Shown here: positions 1-9,767 of the stretch, one piece after another | How positions within the stretch are numbered: position 1 is the first letter of the stretch | Layout of the letters: each line of letters opens with the position of its first letter | DNA from: Candidatus Bathyarchaeia archaeon | GTDB taxonomy: Archaea; Thermoproteota; Bathyarchaeia; Bathyarchaeales; Bathycorpusculaceae | Assembly (NCBI GenBank): GCA_038826755.1 | Contig: JAWBOE010000003.1 | Coordinates: forward strand, 13,346-77,345 | DNA length: 64,000 nt | Direction: 5' to 3' | Notes under the pieces: model-generated | Databases searched by the model: none | What the model saw: only the letters and a program-made list of their open reading frames with translations | What the model was told of the DNA's origin: nothing | Position numbers and translations under genes: made by a program

Positions 1-265
1 CAATATCAAAATTTTCAAACCCCAAAACAGCCTCATCAACAACCTTCAAAGACTCCACCAGCGTGCGCCGTTGACTCTCAGACATAACAGGCTTTCTACC
101 TTTAATTTTCTGCACGGTGTTATCCCTCGCAACAATAACTACCAACTGTGCATTTTCGCCGCCTGCCTTTTTAGCTTCTTCCAAAAACCTTACATGCCCT
201 AAATGTAGCAAATCAAAAACTCCCGAAGCTAAGACTACTTTTCGTTTTCTATGTTGCCCGGCCAC
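1..265 (-). CDS. ribL: RibL-type FAD synthase (FMN adenylyltransferase, cytidylyltransferase fold); 3' end cut by window edge
   Basis: Absent from the ORF track because it is truncated. My minus-strand translation from GTG at 263-265 reads MAGQHRKRKVVLASGVFDLLHLGHVRFLEEAKKAGGENAQLVVIVARDNTVQKIKGRKPVMSESQRRTLVESLKVVDEAVLGFENFDI. It has the HxGH nucleotidyltransferase motif and a VARD..KGRKP..QRR pattern like archaeal RibL. It overlaps the 3' end of the upstream DUF357 gene by about 30 nt. Confidence 0.7.
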   Translation of the reverse strand, partial: MAGQHRKRKVVLASGVFDLLHLGHVRFLEEAKKAGGENAQLVVIVARDNTVQKIKGRKPVMSESQRRTLVESLKVVDEAVLGFENFDI

Positions 266-516
266 TCAAACTTCACTGCCCCAATCAGTTTAAGAGCGTC
301 TAATAATCCCTCGCAATAAGCGATGGATGTTAAACTCGTTTCAAACATTCTTTGAGCCATATAATATTTTGCATCAGCTAAATAAGCTGTAGCATGGGCT
401 ATAACATTTTTCACGCTTTCCTTACTTACAATTATATCTTTTTCCACTTGCTTTAATTCCCTGAGAACCTTCTCAGCTGACGTAACATACTTAGCTGTAA
501 GCTTCTCTGCACTCAT
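235..516 (-). CDS. DUF357-family small helical protein
   Basis: 93-aa ORF. Its all-helical sequence (AYLADAKYY..., AYCEGLLDAL) resembles archaeal DUF357, which commonly sits next to ribL. Confidence 0.55.
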   Translation of the reverse strand: MSAEKLTAKYVTSAEKVLRELKQVEKDIIVSKESVKNVIAHATAYLADAKYYMAQRMFETSLTSIAYCEGLLDALKLIGAVKFEWPGNIENEK

Positions 517-521
517 TTAAT

Positions 522-1313
522 CTACCTCTTTAACTTCATCGGCGCATCTGCAAAAGCCACTAATGCCTCAACCTCTGTAAAATGGAGCTCACCTGGAAAA
601 ATTATTGTGTGCGGTGGCTCTCCGAAATCCCAGTTCAACAAATTCTTAACATAATCTGCTTTCAGCATTGGAGCGTCACTTCCCGCCCTCGCAACGCCGA
701 CAGCGAGCGTATTTAACGTAACAACGTGCTTTCTCTTCTTTTTCTCTATTTGCAATAACAAATTTAATGCTTCTTTGACGCTCAAATAAAGCTTCTTTTC
801 TGCTACCAAATCCAGCAAGCACAAGGTATGTAACCCAAGTTTTTTGTTTTGATGTATGACGTTATAAGGGGTTTCAGAAGAGTTTTCTGCGAAAGGCACT
901 GTGACTGTTTTCCCAAACTTATAGTTGTGCAGTCCTGAGATGCCAATGATGGCTGAAAGTATGGAAGCGCCATGAACTATTCGAGTTTTTATGCGCCGCT
1001 TTTGTGCTTCAATGCGCAATGCCATGTGCGTAGTAGCTATGAAGGGGTCGCCTGGAACAAGAAGGACCGCCTTTCCTCTCTCGGCGGCGCTTAAGACTAT
1101 CACACCGTTGCTTTCTTCAAGATCACGCCTTGTTACCGTTTGAATCTGTCGACCTGCCAAACTCTCTAGCCTCTTCAACGAAAACTCTGGTAAGAGGCTA
1201 GTGTACAGTTCTACAAATGCGCTGTCTGCAGTTTTAGTTTCTTCTAACCCTTTCAAGCTTATGCCTTTTTCATCGTGTAAGCCTAAGCCAACAAAGACCA
1301 ATTCGCCTGGCAT
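522..1313 (-). CDS. dph5: Diphthine synthase (diphthamide biosynthesis methyltransferase)
   Basis: 263 aa. The N-terminus LVFVGLGLHDEKGISLKGLE, LVPGDPFIATTH and the tetrapyrrole-methylase-fold pattern are typical of Dph5/DphB. Confidence 0.9.
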   Translation of the reverse strand: MPGELVFVGLGLHDEKGISLKGLEETKTADSAFVELYTSLLPEFSLKRLESLAGRQIQTVTRRDLEESNGVIVLSAAERGKAVLLVPGDPFIATTHMALRIEAQKRRIKTRIVHGASILSAIIGISGLHNYKFGKTVTVPFAENSSETPYNVIHQNKKLGLHTLCLLDLVAEKKLYLSVKEALNLLLQIEKKKRKHVVTLNTLAVGVARAGSDAPMLKADYVKNLLNWDFGEPPHTIIFPGELHFTEVEALVAFADAPMKLKR

Positions 1314-1519
1314 AATCTTTCCTCAACAGTTACTTCAACAATAAATAGCAACTTAAACTGTTCGATTAGTTTGTCAACATGTGTAGAAACAAGTAGCCAA
1401 AAAATGGATAATGCTGTTTTTCTTTGTGAATAATGGGTTTGCATTTTGGATTCATGTTTCAAATATTGTGTTAAATTTCACAAGTTAGTTAAATATCGTA
1501 TGCTTATTCGTACCCGTTG

Positions 1520-1723
1520 ATGATGGAGGAAACTTTCGTGAATCAGCATGTTACATTAAAAAGTAGGAAAGAGTTAGAGGCAAAGATGGCAGTGGTTTTC
1601 AGCGAAAAACTCGATGGGCTCTCTGCAGAATTGCAAAAAATTTTGCTAGATGACATGGTCACAGCCTTCGAAAATAGATTAAATGTATTGAACCGCGTAG
1701 GTGTCAAAAGGGACTGTTGTTGA
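1520..1723 (+). CDS. Small hypothetical helical protein ending in CC
   Basis: ORF-track entry 1517-1723 (TTG), with ATG at 1520. No recognisable family. An AT-rich TATA-like stretch lies upstream. Confidence 0.3.
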   Translation: MMEETFVNQHVTLKSRKELEAKMAVVFSEKLDGLSAELQKILLDDMVTAFENRLNVLNRVGVKRDCC

Positions 1724-1805
1724 GAATCGATGTGCAAAAATATGAATTACTAATACATAAAAGCTTTATAAGGAAAGCGTGAAATATGGCTAAAAAGAGG
1801 CTTGT

Positions 1806-2102
1806 GTGATGAGGCGTTCCAAACTTGAAATGTATATTGACATATTAAGGGTTTTAGCGCAACGTGGTCCATTAAAGTTGACGCATGTTATGTATAAGGC
1901 TAATGTTAACTGTAGCGTATTGAAGGAGTACATGGATTTTCTTATGAAGCAAGGTTTGGTTGAAGAGCGGACTATTGGGAAGCGGCGTGTTGTGTATGCG
2001 ATTACGCAGCGCGGCATTACGGTGCTTAAGTATTTCAGGGAATTGAAGCAAGTGCTTCCTATTGTGGAAGAAGCTGGAAACCAAGTGCCAGTGCCTTTTT
2101 AA
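1806..2102 (+). CDS. Small winged-helix DNA-binding protein (archaeal stand-alone wHTH)
   Basis: 98 aa. KLEMYIDILRVLAQRGPLKLTHVMYKANVNCSVLKEYMDFLMKQGLVEE...YAITQRGITVLKY is a typical wHTH with a wing. GTG at 1806 is followed by ATG at 1809. Confidence 0.7.
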   Translation: MMRRSKLEMYIDILRVLAQRGPLKLTHVMYKANVNCSVLKEYMDFLMKQGLVEERTIGKRRVVYAITQRGITVLKYFRELKQVLPIVEEAGNQVPVPF

Positions 2103-2276
2103 CTCCCTATTTTGATTATTTGTCTTCTTTTGTTTTAGTTTTTTGTTTGCTGTTGGTTTGTTCTTTATAGTATTGGTTGTTGCTCGTCACCGAAAATAAT
2201 TACCACTGTTTCGTAAGACTTAATAAATCCGTGTGTGTAGAAATGCTGTACGTGTGCAGAACAGAGGAGGACATTT

Positions 2277-2657
2277 ATGGTTAACGAAGAGAGTTTAAGT
2301 AAAAAACCATTACGGGTACTCGAAAAGATCCGTGAAAATCTCGAGCGGCTAAACGAGAAGATGGAAATAATAATCGAGCTGCAAAAGCGTGGTCGCCAAG
2401 ATAATCAGCAAATACCTGCTGCACCTTTAGATGTCATGACTTTGCTTTCCATGCCTGATCACCTCAGGAAGACCGCTATGACTATTTGCAGATTCGGCAG
2501 GGCTACTGCTGATGAGGTTGCTCAGCAGACAAATCGTGCTCGCGCTGTTGAAAGCGCATATCTGAATCAACTTGTGGTTATGGGTTATTTAAAGAAGGAG
2601 CGGATAGGAAGAAAAGCGTATTTTTATGCTGGCAGGGAAGGTCAGAGGTGGAAGTGA
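2277..2657 (+). CDS. Winged-helix transcriptional regulator (MarR/TrmB-like) with N-terminal coiled segment
   Basis: 126 aa. TAMTICRFGRATADEVAQQTNRARAVESAYLNQLVVMGYLKKERIGRKAYFY is an HTH plus wing. Confidence 0.6.
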   Translation: MVNEESLSKKPLRVLEKIRENLERLNEKMEIIIELQKRGRQDNQQIPAAPLDVMTLLSMPDHLRKTAMTICRFGRATADEVAQQTNRARAVESAYLNQLVVMGYLKKERIGRKAYFYAGREGQRWK

Positions 2658-3484
2658 AATTGTGTGAAATAATTGCTGTGCACTCGTAGAAGGGTAGAAC
2701 TGGCAAAACTCTTCTATTTCTAAATCTAGCTGTCGCTTTCGCCAAGCAGGGAAAAAAGTGTGCTTGTTCGATCTCGACTTCCGCGCGCCAAGCTTGTTTA
2801 CGATTCTAAAGTTAGAACACGTTGACTGTTGGATGAATGATTATTTAAATGGGACATGCGAAATCGGCAAAGTTCTTGTGGATTTGAGCAGTAGACTGCA
2901 GGGTAATGGCGACTTTTTTTTGTGGGATTAGCGAATCCAGCGACTGAGGCTATTCGGGATATGTCTGCGAAGGACAAAGTGGTAGATACATGCGTTAAGT
3001 AGGTTGCTTTCGCTTAGCAACACTTTGTTCAATGACTGAGAGTTTGACTATTTAGTGTTTGATATTACTCCTTGTTTGCTGTATTCGTCTATAAATGACA
3101 TTGTGGCTGCGGATTTTGTGGTGGCAGCTACTACGGGTGATAGGTCAGATGTTGATGGTACACGGCGTATGCTGAGCGAGTTGTATAATTTATTTGAGAA
3201 AAAAGATGGGTTTAGTTCTTAATAAGGTGTTGAATTCGGATTCAAAATCTAACAAAGAGTCACAGAGTAGGGTGCGATCTGTTTATCAGGTGCCATTATT
3301 GGGGTTTGTACCTTGTTTCTGTGATATCTTGAGGACAGAAGGTAACTTTATCTTTGCGCAGGATAAGCCTGACCACCCTTTCACAAGGATATTACGCGAA
3401 ATGCCAAGATCGACGCAAACGAAGTTAATTAACTCCGCAATATTTTCTTCTTTTCTTTGGCAACTACTATGTGTTTTAGAGTAA
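2654..3484 (+). pseudogene. Decayed MinD/ParA-superfamily P-loop ATPase
   Basis: Fragments in three frames reassemble into a MinD/ParA-like protein. They are VKLCEIIAVHS*KGRTGKTLLFLNLAVAFAKQ (TAG at 2687-2689 inside the Walker A), GKKVCLFDLDFRAPSL..., FFVGLANPATEAIRDM..., LFND*EFDYLVFDITPCLLYSSINDIVAADFVVAATTGDRSDVDGTRRML (TGA at 3037-3039) and MGLVLNKVLNSD...YQVPLLGFVPCFCDIL...PDHPF. Three frame changes sit at homopolymers A6 2752-2757, T8 2914-2921 and A6 3199-3204, and a fourth lies at about 2985-2995. Confidence 0.8.
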
Positions 3485-3532
3485 AGACTTTATAGATTGC
3501 AGGTTCATCTTGAAATTCGTGTCGTGTAAGCT

Positions 3533-4162
3533 TTGCCTTTGAAAAGGTCTGCCGTAGTGTTAGCCGGGGGTTCTTCCAGTAGATTTGGTGAGGACAAAGG
3601 GATACTTGAGCTTGCAGGTAAGCCTCTAATTAAACACGTTGTAGATGCTGTACACGATATTGTTGATAAAGTAATTATTGTGACAAGCACGCAGGAACGT
3701 GTTGCAAAATACGCAGAAATCGTGAGATCGGATGTTCAATTTATTACTGATATGTGTGAATCAAATAGTCCGCTTGTTGGAGCGTTAACGGGTTTTAAGT
3801 TTGCTCAGGGCGATTATGCCTTGCTGATTCCTTTTGATATGCCCTTTGTTTCTGTCGCCGTTATTTCTTTACTTTTTGATTTGTGTTTAGGTAAAAATGC
3901 AGTTATCCCGCGATGGCCTAATGGGCATATTGAACCTCTACATGCTGTTTATCATGTAAAGGCGGCGTTAGATGCTGCTCAAAGTGCCATAGCCGAGGGT
4001 ATGTTAAGTATGCGGGATATGATTGATAGGTTGCGTGGGGTGCGTTATATTTCTACGCTTGTTGTCCAGCAGTTTGATGCTAATTTAAGGACTTTTTTTA
4101 ATGTGAATACTCCTTTAGATTTGAAAAGAGCTGCAACTATTTTTAAGGCAAGTAAAGTGTAG
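3533..4162 (+). CDS. mobA: Molybdenum cofactor guanylyltransferase
   Basis: 209 aa with a TTG start. AVVLAGGSSSRFGEDKG..L.GKPLI is the MobA nucleotide-binding signature. Confidence 0.8.
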   Translation: MPLKRSAVVLAGGSSSRFGEDKGILELAGKPLIKHVVDAVHDIVDKVIIVTSTQERVAKYAEIVRSDVQFITDMCESNSPLVGALTGFKFAQGDYALLIPFDMPFVSVAVISLLFDLCLGKNAVIPRWPNGHIEPLHAVYHVKAALDAAQSAIAEGMLSMRDMIDRLRGVRYISTLVVQQFDANLRTFFNVNTPLDLKRAATIFKASKV

Positions 4163-4295
4163 TAGCCTGATTTCTCTTTTTGTTAATATTTGTTAGAGTT
4201 TTTGTCTATCTGAAGGCTGAATCAATACTGCATTTAAGTTAATTAATCTTTAAATTTTGTAGTGATGTGTTTATTATGTTGCGGGGTCAGTTTGT

Positions 4296-5075
4296 ATGGC
4301 GTATGTCTTCAATGTTCCTTTTCATGGTAATGTCAAATTAAAGCATGTCGTTGATAGGATTAAGGCCGATGTAAAGTTGAATAGTTACTGGAAATGTGCC
4401 AACGTCATGGCTATTGAGCGGATGGGTTACACGGATCACGGGCCGACTCATGTTAAAATTGTAGCTAATTTGGCGCTGAGGCTGCTTCGCATTTTAGTAA
4501 ATAATCAGGTTACACCTAGTATCGTGAAGAATTATGGCATGAAAAATGAGGATGCAGAGATTGTAGTTTTTTTGGGTTCTGTTTTTCACGATTTAGGCAT
4601 GATCGTTACAAGAGTGGATCATGAAAAATACAGTGTGTTACTAGCACAGGAGTTTATTGAAAGGTGTTTAACGCCTGTTTACTCTGAGGAAGAGCGTGCA
4701 ATTGTCGCTTCTGAAGTTTTACATGCTGTGGTGGCGCATGAGCAGCCCAACAGACCCTTAACGGTTGAGGCAGGGATTGTTACAATTGCAGATGCACTTG
4801 ATATGGAGGCGGGCAGAGCGAGGATTCCTTTTAAAACGGGAAAAATTGATATTCACGCTGTTTCTGCCTTATCTATTAGAAAGGTTGAGGTTCTTGAGGG
4901 TGGAAAGAAACCGATTACAATAAAGATAACAATGTCAAATTCAGCAGGAGTTTTTCAAATAGACGAGTTACTTAAACCGAGGATTGAAAATTCTGGAATA
5001 AAAGAGCATTTTCACGTTATCGCCGAAATAACTGGTGAAAAAGAAAGCAAAATTCTAGATAGATTTGAGATTTAG
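4296..5075 (+). CDS. HD-domain metal-dependent phosphohydrolase
   Basis: 259 aa. Contains HGPTHV, FHDLGM and IADALDM HD-superfamily motifs. Confidence 0.75.
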   Translation: MAYVFNVPFHGNVKLKHVVDRIKADVKLNSYWKCANVMAIERMGYTDHGPTHVKIVANLALRLLRILVNNQVTPSIVKNYGMKNEDAEIVVFLGSVFHDLGMIVTRVDHEKYSVLLAQEFIERCLTPVYSEEERAIVASEVLHAVVAHEQPNRPLTVEAGIVTIADALDMEAGRARIPFKTGKIDIHAVSALSIRKVEVLEGGKKPITIKITMSNSAGVFQIDELLKPRIENSGIKEHFHVIAEITGEKESKILDRFEI

Positions 5076-5084
5076 TAGCACTGT

Positions 5085-6455
5085 TTATGTGGCTGTGCCG
5101 TAAATGTCCACTTTAACGGATACATTGGTTGTTGCTGCAGTGGATTTTGCATCGATTAAAATAGCCCATATAATATTCTGTGAGGGAAGCAATTGAAGTA
5201 AATCTTCATCATCTAACCATAGAGAGGAATTGTTTGTAAATGATTTTTCGACAGTTCCAGAAATAACGTTATCAACAAGTTCGAGTCTGAATCTAACAGT
5301 TACCATCTCGCCAGTTCCAAAGTTGCCTTCTACGCGTATTCTTGGCTTAAAGCTTGAAATTGTGAGTGGACGCGCGTGAATGTCTGCTGCTTCCCCATAA
5401 GTGCTACTCAAACCTACTTGAATGTCAATGTTTTCTCTGCGGAAAACACTGCCAATTCCAGAAATCCACTTACTATAAGGATTATGGATCCTCGCTGACC
5501 AGTTGCCAAGAAAACTTACACCGCCCACAAAAGTCGGCGTTGTCTCAGCACTTTTACCGAATACCACAGCGTAAAGATCCAGAGGCGATTCAGCAAAAGA
5601 CTCAAACACAACACCCGAGATTAAAGTTTGAAACATCGATCCGTTAATTAACAACCCTGTTTGATTGTATTGACCGTATTCCCCCATCCAAAGCCTCGAA
5701 TTCAAAAATTGGCTGTCAGAATATTCCGCTGCCCGCTCGATATTTATGCCCACCGAATTGTTTAGCATATTGAAGAAGCAGCGACTAATCTGCGTGTTTG
5801 CATAGGAACCAGTGGCGTTTGCTGTCGGTGTTCTAAAAGTAATACTTTCTGTGCAGTTTATGAAGTGGATATTATCTATTTTTGTTCCTTCACTCCATGT
5901 TTCCGTATTAGCAAGCTCGAGTGCCACAGAGCAGCTTTCAAAAATCATGTCTGAAATTGTCGTTCCAAAAGAATTCTCAATTCGAATTGTCCCGTTAACA
6001 ATTTTTAAACCCGAAATAAGATTATACTGCGATAGGCTATAATTATCTCCACGTATAGTGATTCTATGACCATTTCCGTTTATCACCGCGCCATCACTAA
6101 CTATCCTCGCGTTTCGCTTATTAACTACATTGACATCCGCAGTTAGCGAGTAAATGCCTGATTTAATGTAAACAAGAGTGCCCTTTGCCACAGCTTGGCT
6201 TATGACAATCGCCGCTGCAGCTGAAGAAAAATCCACAGAACCACTCGACTGATTCTTTGCCTTGTACAATTCGCCATCCCTGAAGATTACATAGCCGAAA
6301 ATTGAATCATCAGCAGAGTAATCTCTCTGAAGTCTACTAACCTTCTCTTGTAGTAACCTTGTATTATCTATTGTCAAATAAAGATTAAATGATGAAAGCA
6401 AAAGCGCAACAGCACACGTCATGATGCAAACACGCTTAGAGATAGTCACCTTCAT
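5085..6455 (-). CDS. Membrane-anchored or secreted right-handed parallel beta-helix repeat protein
   Basis: 456 aa. It has an N-terminal hydrophobic anchor (CIMTCAVALLLSSFNLYL). Repetitive I/V-x-N-x-x-I units follow (ISGLKIVNGTIRIENSFGTTISDMIFESCSVALEL...IDNIHFINCTESITF), typical of pectate-lyase-like beta-helices. Confidence 0.6.
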   Translation of the reverse strand: MKVTISKRVCIMTCAVALLLSSFNLYLTIDNTRLLQEKVSRLQRDYSADDSIFGYVIFRDGELYKAKNQSSGSVDFSSAAAAIVISQAVAKGTLVYIKSGIYSLTADVNVVNKRNARIVSDGAVINGNGHRITIRGDNYSLSQYNLISGLKIVNGTIRIENSFGTTISDMIFESCSVALELANTETWSEGTKIDNIHFINCTESITFRTPTANATGSYANTQISRCFFNMLNNSVGINIERAAEYSDSQFLNSRLWMGEYGQYNQTGLLINGSMFQTLISGVVFESFAESPLDLYAVVFGKSAETTPTFVGGVSFLGNWSARIHNPYSKWISGIGSVFRRENIDIQVGLSSTYGEAADIHARPLTISSFKPRIRVEGNFGTGEMVTVRFRLELVDNVISGTVEKSFTNNSSLWLDDEDLLQLLPSQNIIWAILIDAKSTAATTNVSVKVDIYGTAT

Positions 6456-6618
6456 GCTGCTTTCTTCCTACACTAATTCAATTACAAAGCTAAATTTAAC
6501 CAGAAGCTGCTAAAAAAATTATTTACTAATACAATTAATTAAGCAATGCTAATTGTATATAGCGCAAAAGTCACTAGACAACATTTTGAAATATGTTGGT
6601 TTCTGGAAATTCCATGAT

Positions 6619-6915
6619 TTAAAGTTTCACTATTTGTGCATGTGGTATCCCTTCAATGTTCAGCACAGCGTCTGGATGCACATAACCTCGAGTTATGGCT
6701 TTCTCCACACAGTTTTTTCCTACCATATTCACAATCGTCGAATTCTCAATCATGCCCATCGCTTCGTCTAAAGAAACCCTGCCACCATTGTAAAACTCCT
6801 CTTTAACATGAAAGACAATTTTACCCTCACGCAGTGTCTTGCCAAGAAGTTCGCAGTCACAAATAGCCAAAAGCACGTTATTACCAATTCTCTTAAGGTT
6901 AACGTAAACTTCCAA
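6619..6915 (-). CDS. DUF424-family protein
   Basis: 98 aa. LLAICDCELLGKTL...GKIVFHV...FY.G..VSLDEA...N.VG...V..A...G.V....V..I.GIPHAQIV matches archaeal DUF424. It is adjacent to aIF-2beta, as in many archaea. Confidence 0.7.
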   Translation of the reverse strand: MEVYVNLKRIGNNVLLAICDCELLGKTLREGKIVFHVKEEFYNGGRVSLDEAMGMIENSTIVNMVGKNCVEKAITRGYVHPDAVLNIEGIPHAQIVKL

Positions 6916-6930
6916 CCTTTAGCCCTGCAC

Positions 6931-7353
6931 TCATAACTGCTTTACAGACGATCTTGCACCACACGCTTTACAAACAAGAAACGTCAACCGCTTCTCCTTT
7001 ATAATTTTCGTGTCCGGACGCTTGCACACAGGACAAGTTACGTAACTCTCCATATACCGTTGCAGCAACCGCTCAAAACTGTCTTGTCGAAACTTTCCTT
7101 GAAAAATCGCCCTTCCATCATGATAAGTTGCTGCTGTTGCCATCTCTCGTGTCAAAAACTTCAAAATATGTTGCGGGTCTCGATCCAAGTTCTCCGCTAC
7201 AGCATCAAAATTGGCAATTGTAGTTCGCATCCCCGCAGTGGAAACAGTAAGCCTAGGCAACTCTAAACGAGCCGTTTTTAATGAAACCGCAGGCAACTGG
7301 GAATACGCCCGCCTAAGCAACTCGTCATAGTCATATTTCATGATACTCGCCAA
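6931..7353 (-). CDS. eif2b: Translation initiation factor aIF-2 beta subunit
   Basis: 140 aa. YDELLRRAYSQLP... with a C-terminal C4 zinc ribbon, CPVCKRPDT...CKACG. Confidence 0.9.
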   Translation of the reverse strand: MASIMKYDYDELLRRAYSQLPAVSLKTARLELPRLTVSTAGMRTTIANFDAVAENLDRDPQHILKFLTREMATAATYHDGRAIFQGKFRQDSFERLLQRYMESYVTCPVCKRPDTKIIKEKRLTFLVCKACGARSSVKQL

Positions 7354-7543
7354 GATAACATGCAGCGCTAAACTATTTAAAATATCTCCCTGAGATTCAC
7401 TTTTCTAAGACGTGGAATAACATTTTGTTTAAAATCGCAACAAATATTACAAGAATTGCCAATCGAAAGGGCTTGGATTCCTGAAATCAATATTAATTCG
7501 AAAACCATAATACTCATAAACAAACTTCCATAGAGGTAAACGT

Positions 7544-8419
7544 GTGCCAGAGCAACAAAAAACAACTGAACTCTCCACGGTAAAACAGCAAATTTCCAAA
7601 ATTAAGGCACAAGTAGAAAAGGCAAATTCAGACGCAAGAGCTTACGCGGAAAAAAGAGATGCAGTCAACGAACAACACAGAAAACTACGCCAAGAAATCC
7701 GCACCTTAACAGAAGAACGAAACCGCCTGAACACTGAAGTCAAAGCATTAAAGCAGCAGCGTGACGAGATCCGCACAAAAATAGCCATAAAAATCGTACA
7801 AATAAAAGAACTACGCCAAAAACTATCCGAAATAAAAAAGAAAACCCCCAAACAAAGCCAACAACAACTACAAAAAGACCTATCAGCTATAGAATGGAAA
7901 ATCCAAACAACCCCACTCGACCAGCAAGAAGAAAAAAGACTAATTGAAAACATCAAACAAATAGAAGCACAATTAAACATCTACAAAAAAATCGGGCAGC
8001 AACAACAAAAAATAGCTGAAATGCAAAACGAACTCCATGCACTTAAAACAGAAGCAGACATGCGCCATCAACAACTCTCAGTAAATGCCCAAAAAAGCCA
8101 GGAAATCCACGTGAAGATTGCCGCAAAACTCGATGAAGCAAAAAAATTAAAAAGCGAAGCCGATGAGTTACATAGCGCCTATCTGCAAGCAAAAGAAAAA
8201 ATCAAACCACTAAACGACGAAATAAAACGATTAATTAGCCAGAAAACAAACCTGCAAAAAATCATCCATGAAGAAAAAGAACAAAAAAGAAAAACAGAAG
8301 AAAACGCATTAAAAGAGAAGTTAAGCTCGCAAGCTAAGCAAAAACTGGAACACGGCGAAAAACTAAGCTGGCAAGAATTTCAATTATTAATAGGTGATGA
8401 TGAACAAACACAAGATTAA
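7544..8419 (+). CDS. Archaeal coiled-coil protein (COG1340-like)
   Basis: 291 aa with a GTG start. It is a continuous heptad-like K/E/Q-rich sequence. No enzymatic motif is visible. Confidence 0.6.
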   Translation: MPEQQKTTELSTVKQQISKIKAQVEKANSDARAYAEKRDAVNEQHRKLRQEIRTLTEERNRLNTEVKALKQQRDEIRTKIAIKIVQIKELRQKLSEIKKKTPKQSQQQLQKDLSAIEWKIQTTPLDQQEEKRLIENIKQIEAQLNIYKKIGQQQQKIAEMQNELHALKTEADMRHQQLSVNAQKSQEIHVKIAAKLDEAKKLKSEADELHSAYLQAKEKIKPLNDEIKRLISQKTNLQKIIHEEKEQKRKTEENALKEKLSSQAKQKLEHGEKLSWQEFQLLIGDDEQTQD

Positions 8420-8454
8420 AGTTTCCCTGAAAGGGTAATTAGGAAACGAGACAG

Positions 8455-9648
8455 ATGAGTGAAAAACAAGCGCCCGCTAAACCAGCGCAAAAAAGAATTC
8501 TGATCCTCTGCGTAGATAGAGATGGTGATTTAGAAACTAAAGCGAGAATAAAAACTCCTATAACTGGGCGAGAAGCAACCCTGAATGCTGCTGTGTCACT
8601 AGCACTGCATGATCCAGAAGAGCCTGATGCAAACGCGCTATTCGAGGCGGTACGAATCACTGATAAACTGCAGAACGAAAAGAGACCCGAAGAAATACTT
8701 GAAGTGGCGGCAATATCAGGATCAGAGTTAGGCGGCGTCAGTGCCGACCGCAAACTAGTCGCAGAACTAAATGCTATATTATCCACTTTTAACGCAACTG
8801 AGGTTATCCTAGTTTCAGATGGCTACTCAGACGAGGCAATTTTGCCACTTGTAGAATCACGAGTTCCTGTCTCATCTATCAGACGAATAGTGGTTAAACA
8901 CAGCGAATCAATAGAGGAAACAGCAGCGCTAATCTCAAAGTATGTTCGTTTATTATTTAATGATCCACGATACTCCAGAATCGCTTTGGGCATACCTGGC
9001 CTACTATTTCTAATTTTAGGCATCCTCTACATATTCCCAGGATACCTTAACTACTATTTCATTTTAATAGTTCTTATTCTAGGCGCTTTTATGCTCGGAA
9101 AAGGCTTCGGTGTTGATAGAGCTGCAAAAAAATTTATCAAGTGGATACGAGAATATACGCCACCTCCACTTCCCATTCAAATCTCCAATTACACGGCAAT
9201 CGTAGGAACACTATGCATAGGAATAAGCGTATATCTGGGAATTTTAGCCGTTGGAGACAACGTAATTTTTCCAAGCGACCTGTCCGGTTGGCTTAGCAAG
9301 TTCCCGGCGATAATAGGCTGGTTCTTAAGAGGTGTAGAAGATCTAATGGTTGTCGGTATAGCCACTATACTTTTCGGAAGGAGTATCCGCCTATATTTCG
9401 AGCGGGATTCAAGACTGCTACTAAATGCCGCTCTAATAGTGTCAGTTGGTTGGTCACGTTGGATATTATATGAAACCACAGACATCATATTAAACCCAGA
9501 TAAACCCCCTAATAACTTGGCTTTTGCAATAATTGTAGGCATCCTAATCGGCATAGCCTCAACGTTGGCAGTGATAATTCTGCATAGGGCAGTTAAGGGC
9601 TTTTTCAGTTTGGAAAAAGAAGAACTTACTGAGCTTGGGATAAAATGA
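8455..9648 (+). CDS. DUF373-family integral membrane protein
   Basis: 397 aa. A soluble N-terminal domain (ILILCVDRDGDL...VILVSDGYSDE) is followed by about 6 TM helices. Confidence 0.65.
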   Translation: MSEKQAPAKPAQKRILILCVDRDGDLETKARIKTPITGREATLNAAVSLALHDPEEPDANALFEAVRITDKLQNEKRPEEILEVAAISGSELGGVSADRKLVAELNAILSTFNATEVILVSDGYSDEAILPLVESRVPVSSIRRIVVKHSESIEETAALISKYVRLLFNDPRYSRIALGIPGLLFLILGILYIFPGYLNYYFILIVLILGAFMLGKGFGVDRAAKKFIKWIREYTPPPLPIQISNYTAIVGTLCIGISVYLGILAVGDNVIFPSDLSGWLSKFPAIIGWFLRGVEDLMVVGIATILFGRSIRLYFERDSRLLLNAALIVSVGWSRWILYETTDIILNPDKPPNNLAFAIIVGILIGIASTLAVIILHRAVKGFFSLEKEELTELGIK

Positions 9649-9767
9649 TCGATAAACTAGAGAAACCAGAAGCACAGCAAAATTTAATTAATGCCCCCAG
9701 AGCCCTAAATGGTGCAAATAGCCACGCACAGTGTTCAGCTTTCCCTGAAGCTAAGAGGTTCAGATAA

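Noticed and set aside
7840-8300. Long A-rich low-complexity stretch
   Set aside because: It encodes the Lys/Gln/Glu-rich coiled coil of 7544-8419 in one open frame. It is not an intergenic repeat.
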